From Nostoc sp. PCC 7120 = FACHB-418 (GTDB taxonomy: Bacteria; Cyanobacteriota; Cyanobacteriia; Cyanobacteriales; Nostocaceae), in assembly GCF_000009705.1 (NCBI RefSeq), contig NC_003272.1:3210001-3242000 (forward strand): a stretch of DNA of 32,000 nucleotides. The letters run 5' to 3'. Each line of letters starts with the position of its first letter. Positions within the stretch are counted from its first letter, which is position 1. Below the pieces are notes generated by a model, which made no database searches, was not told the origin of the DNA, and saw nothing but the letters and a program-made list of their open reading frames with translations. Shown here piece after piece: positions 11,601 to 16,367 of the stretch. The position numbers and the translations under genes were made by a program.

Positions 11601-12397
11601 CTCAACACGCCATTAGCAACAGCCACTACCAATTGTTGACCGGCTTGTGTACTGTAACTGTCGTTGACTGTTACTGGCGGGTCGTTTGGTGGTGGCGGTG
11701 GTGCAGTGACTGTAATGCTAACTGTCGCCGGTGCAGAATTGGCTTTAGTATCGTTGGCTAAATAGGTAAAGCTATCTGTACCCACAAACCCTGCATTGGG
11801 TGTGTAAGCAAATGAACCATCAGCATTGAGACTGAGAGTACCGTTGCTGGGTGCTTGCACTACTGCGGCTGTCAATGGGTCTGATTGAGCATCTGTGTCA
11901 TTACTCAATACACCATTAGCAACAGCCACTACCAATTGTTGACCGGCTTGTGTACTGTAGCTGTCGTTGACTGTTACTGGTGGATTGTTTGGTGGTGGCG
12001 GTGGTGGAACTTGACTAGGATTATCATAGAAGTTAACAGTGACCGCGCTGAAGTTTGGATCAACTGTATATCCTGTGCCTGGTTGTACAGTATAAACTAC
12101 GCTTTGCTGTCCTTCAGGAATCCCATCTTGAAAAATGGGTACGCTGACGGTGGCAACTTGGGATGTAATGTTAAAGAAAAACCCGCTAAAGTCGAAGTCT
12201 CCCTGTGGAACACCACCACCAGTAAAGCTGATGGCAAATAAATCTAGTTGCGTTAAGGACTGGGGTACGTTACCTAAGAGATAAACTCTTACCCCTCCTG
12301 ATGGTGGCGGTTCACTTAACTCAAATCTAAAGGTAAGTACGGTGTCTTGAGTCTCTATGAGGGTTGTCGTGTTGGTTGTAAACTTGACTGTTGTCAT
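2609..12397 (-). CDS. Giant (3262 aa) RTX-type secreted adhesin-like protein: Calx-beta-like modules + 5 tandem-95 repeats + 2 PPC modules + 3 x 263-aa repeats + C-terminal GGxGxD repeats
   Basis: Single uninterrupted ORF in the supplied track. Calx-beta-type signatures recur (PIFQDGIPEGQQSVVYTV, SPFDDGLVEGIETFTFSL, PVFDDIVEEVDTTYTYQL). The C-terminus carries about 14 nonapeptide repeats (GNAGNDRIF GGLGNDYLF GGADDDLLN GGDGNDALF ...) followed by a ~70-aa non-repetitive tail. There is no N-terminal signal peptide, and I noticed no cysteine in the translation. Confidence 0.95.
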   Translation of the reverse strand: MTTVKFTTNTTTLIETQDTVLTFRFELSEPPPSGGVRVYLLGNVPQSLTQLDLFAISFTGGGVPQGDFDFSGFFFNITSQVATVSVPIFQDGIPEGQQSVVYTVQPGTGYTVDPNFSAVTVNFYDNPSQVPPPPPPNNPPVTVNDSYSTQAGQQLVVAVANGVLSNDTDAQSDPLTAAVVQAPSNGTLSLNADGSFAYTPNAGFVGTDSFTYLANDTKANSAPATVSITVTAPPPPPNDPPVTVNDSYSTQAGQQLVVAVANGVLSNDTDAQSDPLTAAVVQAPSNGSVTLNADGSFAYTPNAGFIGTDSFTYLANDTKANSAPATVSITVTAPPPPPNDPPVTVNDNYSTQADQQLVVAVANGVLSNDTDAQSDPLTAAVVQAPSNGSVTLNPDGSFAYTPNAGFVGTDSFTYLANDTKVNSAPATVNITVTAPPPPPNDPPVAVNDSYSTTADQALVVDAANGVLSNDTDAQSDPLTAAVAQAPSNGSVTFNTDGSFTYTPNAGFVGTDSFTYLANDSKTNSTPATVNITVNAAPPPPNDPPVTVNDSYITTAGQELIVDVANGVLSNDTDAQSDPLTAAVVQAPSNGSLTLNSNGSFSYTPNAGFSGTDSFTYLANDSKVNSAPATVSITVNPPATMPTISFTASPTTLVEANNDSIVLTFQLSEAPPEGGLEVTFDSGVGRSLAEFDVFSAAFDGLRFLRANATSSAVTVRLLQQTATITLPLFRDEVVEGAETFTYTLSPVPGYDFVPGENAITFTINDTAPSTIPVVSLTASPEIVSEAEGTVLTLTFNTTGGIPPEGITVRLQGDVANIMRQFTAAQVRFDAEANVFYRFDRPLVETGVTGGRLDLFALETDLSSFTFTILEPTATIRLPVLNDILEESDATFTYTLEAGEGYTVDPAASSASFTVTDGVPGGVGPVVSVSATPSTLFESEQTVLTITFTLDSPPPEGGVVVYLDSGVPRSIAQFNVTVDNPRNPEDTLNPVGLTTTGGTIVGTNEFVSAVLFRITEQTATITVPVFNNGEVDGPRNYTYTLRDGEQYQVNPEANQVTITIDDTMTIEQPVVGISATPVTADAQNNLLAYGLVKSPEYTDAEGTTRTGAAILNLSLNVDGTIPEEGLVVDVITDLDLWKYVSGLNGTPFSPGAQVLEGIYDEAGNGIGFKVRVTSPNSLIVFRLKSGLAADDLASATFSIQGGEGYSVNSEAESTTFPVYNTLQDVPAPSVTPEVSFSATNTTIVESEGGTVTLNFSLSEPPPPEGVVVLVRGAQFSSLSDFDVLQAEVVGGEFPALIGANSFYFRITEQTASITVAAFPDGVTEGVEVQSFSVVANPGYTVNSTENTVVFTIQDTPESTLPSLTLTRTPATLIEANGTVSRHTFTLSAPPAAEGVVISVSAPNLSEFDLAGISVTGGTIVAVREDGFDLSMTAQRAVIDLPVKNDGITEGTETAVFSLQPGTGYIIGETNNQAIFTIVDALTPLSAEIESNDTIATANDTGLSEANPTLSITGEIGYSGVNRYRINPTDAGWTYVDNTEDVDLYKVELKAGDRLAIDIDAQINGSTLSSALQVFDAEGNVLAANRIAPAPNEIFLSRNDSYINFTATADGVYYIGVSSNPNYDRTAENPNLANFNPYDPNVQGSGTGTTTGAYTLNLSLNSEVGTVVNPPAPVPTGDGPIISIETVTGTYSSAGTGERILSPYLVTAPPSGAAVLAIALTADGAIPEGGAEVVINSDIILRQYFGNSVRVRPFTVGGQIGEAIYDPATGEATGFTFKLTQNNAFINIVIPTSLQLESPQAATFSLAAGNNTIINPDADTSTVTFYPTLEQAPVPTVVPQVGIEISQNQLIESEGTTTTLTFTLDQAPPAEGVLVYVNSGVTGALGDIDVFDIETNGASFPIGNFRAGGFYVKLTQQTSTITLSPFDDGLVEGIETFTFSLETGAGYTIDSAKAAITLSIADTPASQVLVRYTFSPATLVESENTVGVHTFSLSSPPPAEGLTIFVNSDSLGEFDLTGVEITGGEIVSVAENGFSLKITANQAVVRTPISNDGIAEGVETAVFSIAPGDGYEVSPTANTATFTIYDNTSDVPLVETEGNNLAAINDTIPQAVDTQLTKDNTQFKIQARIGNAAPNFIDRSEDVDIYKVELKAGDTIKVDIDSLPFNIDGVTNTQFVDTELRLFDATGQQLAISFNDPARNELFVSNRDAYLEFTATADGAYYIGVAANFNRYYDPFTAGSGGGRIIPTSGTNIGTYDLTIDLTPSALPVVGLTASPVVSEADGPGLVLFFNAQGIIPEEGIVISVGGDLRTSAVAQGLQFRQVVESEGVEYLRFNRDTQAYEFRLTQANATVTIPVFDDIVEEVDTTYTYQLLTSEAYTVDSAAATADVTYVDGVPGGIGPIVSISTEQTALNEGDTLTVNFSVDGEIPEGGLTVFVLSPTRASLGEFVIFNEDGTPAVTWEGIAGFPEPDGTGGGFFVTLTEPTASLSLKVFDDGIGEGVETLTFNLVDGEQYEVSPDAGSITLTISELPVVGLTASPVVSEADGPGLVLFFNAQGIIPEEGIVISVGGDLRTSAVAQGLQFRQVVESEGVEYLRFNRDTQAYEFRLTQANATVTIPVFDDIVEEADTTYTYQLLASESYKVDAAASTVDVTFTDGVPGGVGPVVSISTEQTALNEGDTLTVNFSVDGEIPEGGLTVFVLSPTRASLGEFVIFNEDGTPAVTWEGIAGFPEPDGTGGGFFVTLTEPTASLSLKVFDDGPGEGVETLTFNLVDGEQYQVSPDAGSITFTISDPPIVGFTASPIVNEAEGTGLVLTFNVQGNLTAEGVVVSVGGDFRTSAVEQGLQFRQVVESEGVEYLRFNRDTQAYEFRLTQATATVTIPVFDDIVEEADTTYTYQLLASEAYALDPAATSADVTFIDGVPGGVGPVVSISTTQTNLQEGDTLTVNFSVDGEIPEGGLTIFVLSPTRASLGEFVIFNEDGTPAVTWEGIAGFPEPDGTGGGFFVTLTEPTASLSLKVFDDGANEGIESLTFNLVDGEQYQVSPDAGSIALTISDTPTNPVGDAGDNILVGDGNNNSLFGNAGNDRIFGGLGNDYLFGGADDDLLNGGDGNDALFGGAGNNTLLGGAGNDYLTGGAGNNLLDGGDGNDILYGGNGNNTLLGGAGNDIIYSGSGDDLINGGLGNDTIFLNGGQDTVVVAQGAGIDTINNFQVSLGQKVGLSGGLTFEQLTLTQSGLDTLVKVGDETLAVLKFVQSSDLSSSAFTTV
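2828..3223 (-). repeat. RTX / haemolysin-type calcium-binding nonapeptide repeat block (about 14 units, 27-bp period)
   Basis: Translation GDAGDNILVGDGNNNSLFGNAGNDRIFGGLGNDYLFGGADDDLLNGGDGNDALFGGAGNNTLLGGAGNDYLTGGAGNNLLDGGDGNDILYGGNGNNTLLGGAGNDIIYSGSGDDLINGGLGNDTIF fits the GGxGxDxUx consensus. Confidence 0.9.
3242..5608 (-). repeat. Three tandem near-identical 789-bp (263-aa) coding repeats, each a pair of Calx-beta-like modules
   Basis: Copies at about 4820-5608, 4031-4819 and 3242-4030. Copies 1 and 2 both begin LPVVGLTASPVVSEADGPGLVLFFNAQGIIPEEGIVISVGGDLRTSAVAQGLQFRQVVESEGVEYLRFNRDTQAYEFRLTQANATVTIPVFDDIVEE. Copy 3 is slightly diverged (PPIVGFTASPIVNEAEGTGLVLTFNVQG). Identical antisense ORF starts at 4710 and 5499 confirm the 789-bp period. 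Confidence 0.9.
5621..6135 (-). other. PPC-like domain 2 of the giant protein
   Basis: ETEGNNLAAINDTIPQAVDT ... EDVDIYKVELKAGDTIKVDIDS ... ELRLFDATGQQLA ... GAYYIGVAA ... GTYDLTIDL. Confidence 0.6.
7424..7955 (-). other. PPC-like domain 1 of the giant protein
   Basis: EIESNDTIATANDTGL ... EDVDLYKVELKAGDRLAIDIDA ... LQVFDAEGNVLAAN ... GVYYIGVSS ... GAYTLNLSLN. Confidence 0.6.
10502..12007 (-). repeat. Five tandem 300-bp (100-aa) tandem-95 / cadherin-like Ig repeats joined by polyproline linkers
   Basis: The unit PPPPPNDPPVTVNDSYSTQAGQQLVVAVANGVLSNDTDAQSDPLTAAVVQAPSNGxxxLNADGSFAYTPNAGFVGTDSFTYLANDTKANSAPATVSITVTA occurs five times. The DNA motif GGTGGTGGCGGTGGTGCAGTGACTGTAAT recurs at about 11090, 11390 and 11690, with variants at about 10790 and 11990. 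Confidence 0.85.
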
Positions 12398-13000
12398 AAA
12401 TAGTTTGCTACAGATGGGTCAATCTCGAATCTGATCGACAGAAATAACTGGGTTACTCTTCCTCCCAAGTCTTAACTAGGATCACATCGTGTAAAAAACT
12501 TAAAGCAGTTTCATTCATCTGAATATTTGACAGTTAAAACTGCGCCAGATACATATGCTTCTGGCAATCAGTAAATTTCAATTACATAGCTAAATGAATG
12601 AAGCTATTACATTGACTACGCTATCTAGTTCCTCTGTCTTCTCTTGGCTATGCTCAAATGATGTTTGCAGTAAGTCATGATATTGACAGCTTAATAAATA
12701 GCTAGATACAACGCTCCTATGTGAAAACTAGGATAATGAAATTGAGAAAATATTCAGATAATGATGCTCTTGCAGTGACCAATTACTGGTTATTAATAGT
12801 AGTTTTGGCGGTTCTGAGTAGAACAATGAATAAAGTAGGTGATTCTTTATTGCGATTTATTCTCGATAATTTGAATCACACTTCAAATAATAACACATCC
12901 GTAATTAATCGGATATATGAATTATAAAATTTCTGTAAAGTCTATTTAACTCAATATATTTTCGTAGATATAAATTGTTTGTGCAAATTTTGCACGAATG

Positions 13001-13051
13001 GGGGACTGGGGAAAGAAAGGGCGAATTTACTTCCCCTGCACCCCTGCACCC
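13001..13051. repeat. STRR-like G-run/C-run heptamer element directly downstream of the hydrolase stop
   Basis: GGGGACTGGGGAA...TTCCCCTGCACCCCTGCACCC. It contains ACTGGGG (reverse complement of CCCCAGT, STRR1-type) and tandem CCCTGCA heptamers. A sister element with the same layout sits at 30007-30061. Confidence 0.55.
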
Positions 13052-14296
13052 TTACACACCTGGTCTTGCTCTAACTGTCAGCATACCGACTGTTATTAAC
13101 AGCACACTAAGGAGCGTTCTTGGTTCGGGAACTGCGGCGGGGGGTTCATAGCGTCGTAGGGTGGTGAGTGTTGCACCGGCTAAGTTACGACTGGAACGGG
13201 CGTTAATTAATTCGATATAGGTGATGTTTTCTAAGGGTGAGTACCACATATTGGAGCGATAACCTAGAGTTTGTCCCCGATGGATGTACCAAAAGCGATT
13301 GGGGGATTCTAGAGTGCCGATGCCTAGACCGTAGGTGGTATAGTTTTGGGAGGTGATGGGACTGATGGTGGTGAGCATTTGTTGGAGGGTGTCGGGTTCT
13401 AGTAGTTTCCCACCTATGAGAGCATGAATGAAGGTGGCTAAATCGCTGGTGTTGGAAACCATTGCGCCGCTAGCCCAAGCCCAAGATAGGTTAGCGGTGG
13501 AAATATCGTTGAGTGTGCCGTTTTGGTCGAAGTCCCAATAACCTCTGACGTAACCACCGGGAATGGTTTCTTCTTCGGCAAAGAAGGTGTTGCTGAGGGC
13601 TAAGGGTTCAAGAATGCGATCGCGTATTTCTTGTGCAATACTATTATTTGTCGCTGCTTCTACCACCATACCCAACAGTAAATAATTGGTGTTGGAATAT
13701 TGCCAAGCATCTCCCGGTTGAAAACTTGCCTCTAAGCCATCAATAAAACTCACTAGTAGTTCTGGTTGCCAATTGTTGAAAAATACCCCTGGATTTACGG
13801 CAGCCCATCTAAATAATACATCTGTATAATCAGGCACGCCGCTTGTATGGTTTAGGAGTTGGCGGAGGGTAATTTGATTAGCGTTGGGAATCCAATCAGT
13901 GACAGATATTGGTAGTCTGTCTGTTAGCTTATCGTCTAAATTCAGGATGTCTTCTTCTACTAGCTGTAATGTAGTTGTTGCGACAAATGTTTTAGTAATA
14001 CTGCCAATTTGAAAGCGATCGCTCGATTGCAATTGTCTACCTGTGGCTATGTCTGCTACTCCACTAGCCCCAAACCAATTTCCTTTCGGGCTGATAATTG
14101 CTACAGCCGCGCCTGGGATGTCTCCCCGTGCTTGATCTAAGGCTGTTTGTAGCTGTTGTCCTAAGTCTCTATTGACTGTATTTCTGAAGGTAATGGACTG
14201 GCTTGATTCAGTTGTTAAGGTTGCAGCTTGGGCGATCGCTGGAGTACATAACAGGGCTGAAGTCAGAATTGTTGTGCGAAAAATTTTCAACAGCAT
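13052..14296 (-). CDS. Serine hydrolase (beta-lactamase / DD-peptidase family) with signal peptide and C-terminal PEP-CTERM sorting motif
   Basis: SxxK motif in FQIGSITKTFVATT, and a YxN motif in QYSNTNYLLLG. N-terminal signal MLLKIFRTTILTSALLCTPAIAQA. The C-terminus AVPEPRTLLSVLLITVGMLTVRARPGV reads as VPEP + hydrophobic helix + basic tail. I place the start at the ATG at 14296 rather than the TTG at 14329. Confidence 0.8.
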   Translation of the reverse strand: MLLKIFRTTILTSALLCTPAIAQAATLTTESSQSITFRNTVNRDLGQQLQTALDQARGDIPGAAVAIISPKGNWFGASGVADIATGRQLQSSDRFQIGSITKTFVATTTLQLVEEDILNLDDKLTDRLPISVTDWIPNANQITLRQLLNHTSGVPDYTDVLFRWAAVNPGVFFNNWQPELLVSFIDGLEASFQPGDAWQYSNTNYLLLGMVVEAATNNSIAQEIRDRILEPLALSNTFFAEEETIPGGYVRGYWDFDQNGTLNDISTANLSWAWASGAMVSNTSDLATFIHALIGGKLLEPDTLQQMLTTISPITSQNYTTYGLGIGTLESPNRFWYIHRGQTLGYRSNMWYSPLENITYIELINARSSRNLAGATLTTLRRYEPPAAVPEPRTLLSVLLITVGMLTVRARPGV

Positions 14297-14318
14297 ATAA
14301 GTAGAAGAAAGGTAAAAG

Positions 14319-14576
14319 TTAAAAGGCAAAAGTAATCAAGAAAAGGATATTAGCCCGATTTTCTTGAAAAGCTATGTGTTGTGAGAGTAAATCTAAGAAC
14401 TGTAGGCAATGTTCATGAATAAAAAAATGATTTCCTGGTAGCATCTGTAGAGAAAATTCACCCGTTGTATGTTGTTGCCATGCGGCTAGTTCTATTTGTG
14501 AAACTTCTGGATCTGTAATTCCGCCAAAGGTTGTAATTGCACAAGATAATGGTGCAGGCCAAATGCCCATGACCAC
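14319..14576 (-). pseudogene. Remnant of a type II thioesterase (C-terminal ~80 codons only)
   Basis: PLSCAITTFGGITDPEVSQIELAAWQQHTTGEFSLQMLPGNHFFIHEHCLQFLDLL resembles the C-terminal third of NRPS/PKS-associated thioesterase II proteins (GG..D..V....W...T......PG.HFF). The N-terminal part with the GxSxG nucleophile is missing, because the upstream gene ends at 14600. Confidence 0.5.
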
Positions 14577-14599
14577 ACCACAAAAACTGCATTATTGCA

Positions 14600-15445
14600 C
14601 TATTTCAGTCGTGTCAGTCCACTACAACTACGTTTTAATATGATTAACTTATACCATTCTTGAAAAGGTAAAATAGAAGCTTTCCAGAGATGATTATAGG
14701 TTTCCTTGGTTGTTAGTCCGGTGGCTGGAAACTCACCTGGTTGGGGATGACAATAAGAACCAAAAACTATGTCCCAAATCGGGAAGAATACGGCATAGTT
14801 TTTATTAATATGTTGGGGTTGAAATGAGTGATGGATTCTGTGGTATTGTGGACTAACAATTATGGTTGAGAAAATACCAAATCCTAAACGTAAATTCATG
14901 TGAATAAATTGCAACCACAAAATTTCTATAAAGGCTAATAAACCTGCTGCTATCGGTTGAAGATTAAATAATAAATTCATGGGAAGAATTATGAAGAAGA
15001 GAACTAAGGGTTCTTCTAGCCAATGTATTCTTCTGGAACTGGTAACATTTAAGGAAACTTCACTGTGATGAAATTTATGTTGTCCCCATAAAAATGAATT
15101 TGTGTGTTGTAGTCGGTGAAACCAATAGTAGAAAAAGTCAACTATTAAGAAATACAGAATGATCCCGATAATTGTTTCTATCCAGTTGCGGGGTGCTGGA
15201 AAATTTAGATAAGCTCCACCTAGCCAACTGCGTGTTAATCCCACTAGTGCAGCTAAACCAAGGGCATTCATTCCAAATGCCAACAAAAGATAGACAATAT
15301 ACCATTTTAAGTTGAAAATAATATGGCGAAATGGTTGATTTGGTTCGGCTGGACGCACTCTTTCTATTACAATAAATACGCCATACATTAGCATTCCCTT
15401 CAGCACATATTCCACAAAGCTGAAGATAGCACCCATCCATTCCAT
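14600..15445 (-). CDS. Fatty acid hydroxylase / sterol desaturase-family membrane di-iron enzyme
   Basis: Three histidine boxes: WFHRLQH, HKFHH and HRIHH. Multiple hydrophobic helices. Family-typical N-terminal IERVRPAEP. Confidence 0.8.
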   Translation of the reverse strand: MEWMGAIFSFVEYVLKGMLMYGVFIVIERVRPAEPNQPFRHIIFNLKWYIVYLLLAFGMNALGLAALVGLTRSWLGGAYLNFPAPRNWIETIIGIILYFLIVDFFYYWFHRLQHTNSFLWGQHKFHHSEVSLNVTSSRRIHWLEEPLVLFFIILPMNLLFNLQPIAAGLLAFIEILWLQFIHMNLRLGFGIFSTIIVSPQYHRIHHSFQPQHINKNYAVFFPIWDIVFGSYCHPQPGEFPATGLTTKETYNHLWKASILPFQEWYKLIILKRSCSGLTRLK

Positions 15446-15560
15446 GATGAATTAACCTATTTCTTGTGTAGAGAAAATGAATTTTACGATTTTGTGGTGA
15501 TTGTATTAATTTACCATAAGTCTATCTCAATTAGTTGCAAATTTATCTCAGATTATTTTT

Positions 15561-15565
15561 GGAGG
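15561..15565 (+). promoter_or_regulatory. Shine-Dalgarno (GGAGG) for the 15573 gene
   Basis: GGAGG lies 7 nt upstream of the ATG at 15573. Confidence 0.5.
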
Positions 15566-15572
15566 TAATACG

Positions 15573-16289
15573 ATGAATTGGAGTATTTTCTTGGCTGCGC
15601 TTGGTAGTACGAGTGTGGAGTTTTTCGAGGTGGTAGCGATCGCCTATGCTATTGGTAGTTCTGGTTATGTTAAAGAAGCTATTTGGGGTTCTATCGTCGG
15701 GTTAATAGCTGTGTTATCTGTGGCGATCGCTCTCGGAACTGGGTTACAATTCTTACCACTACAACCATTACAAATTGTGATTGGTGGGTTGTTGCTGTGG
15801 TTTGGTTGGGGATGGGCCAAGAAGTCTGTACGCAGACTGGCGACGGGAAGGCGTGCAGGTTGGATTGATGATCAGGTATTAGAAAAAGAAGGTATTGTTT
15901 TAGATCAGGAATCCACAGGATTTAGTAAGCTTAATTTCCTCATTATGACTAAAAGTGTGGCTTTGGAAGCCTTGGAAATCTTTGTGATTGTCATCACGTT
16001 GGGTTTAGCAACGAGTGCATGGTATGAAGCGATCGCTGCTACAGGATTCGCTTTATTATTATCATTAGTATTTGTAATTTTCTTACATCCATATTTGGTG
16101 AAACTGCCCGAAGTGCTAATCAAACTTGGTGCAGGAATCATGCTCAGTGCGATGGGGACTTTCTGGTTAGGGGAAGGTGTCGGCTTAGAATTTCCTTTGG
16201 ATGAATTGTTTATCTTGATTTTAATTGCCTTATATAGTCTAACAGCCGTAATTTCCGTGTATTGGTTCAAAAATCAACCTGTGACATGA
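15573..16289 (+). CDS. Integral membrane protein of unknown function (about 6 predicted helices)
   Basis: 238-aa ORF with a good RBS. Hydrophobic segments run throughout (IFLAALGSTSVEFFEVVAIAYAIG, IVGLIAVLSVAIALG, IVIGGLLLWFGWGW, etc.). I do not recognise the family with confidence. Confidence 0.6.
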   Translation: MNWSIFLAALGSTSVEFFEVVAIAYAIGSSGYVKEAIWGSIVGLIAVLSVAIALGTGLQFLPLQPLQIVIGGLLLWFGWGWAKKSVRRLATGRRAGWIDDQVLEKEGIVLDQESTGFSKLNFLIMTKSVALEALEIFVIVITLGLATSAWYEAIAATGFALLLSLVFVIFLHPYLVKLPEVLIKLGAGIMLSAMGTFWLGEGVGLEFPLDELFILILIALYSLTAVISVYWFKNQPVT

Positions 16290-16294
16290 AACCA

Positions 16295-16367
16295 ATTCGC
16301 AATAGCCTTTGCTACGCAACGCTACCGCGAACGGCAAGGCTAACGCCAACGCAATTAGCAATTCGCA
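16295..16367. repeat. Small intergenic repeat element flanked by direct AATTCGCAAT copies
   Basis: AATTCGCAAT occurs at 16295-16304 and again at 16358-16367. These flank AGCCTTTGCTACGCAACGCTACCGCGAACGGCAAGGCT, which has imperfectly complementary ends (AGCCTT.GC / GC.AGGCT). Confidence 0.45.

Noticed and set aside
2648-12241. Many plus-strand ORFs of 64-180 aa inside the giant gene (for example 3309-3698, 3945-4487, 4710-5237, 8061-8390, 11885-12241), some repeated with identical sequences.
   Set aside because: They lie antisense to a 9.8-kb uninterrupted ORF with clear domain content. Their Pro/Ser/Thr-rich low-complexity products and their repetition simply mirror the sense-strand repeats, and no independent coding signal is visible.
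12721-12927. A 68-aa plus-strand ORF in the giant-gene upstream region.
   Set aside because: It has a GTG start, very AT-rich low-complexity sequence, no RBS and no recognisable family. It is more likely non-coding leader or promoter DNA.
14297-14329. A TTG-initiated 11-codon extension of the serine hydrolase, overlapping the thioesterase remnant.
   Set aside because: The ATG at 14296 gives a canonical signal peptide at the N-terminus. The extension (MPFNFYLSSTY) adds nothing recognisable.
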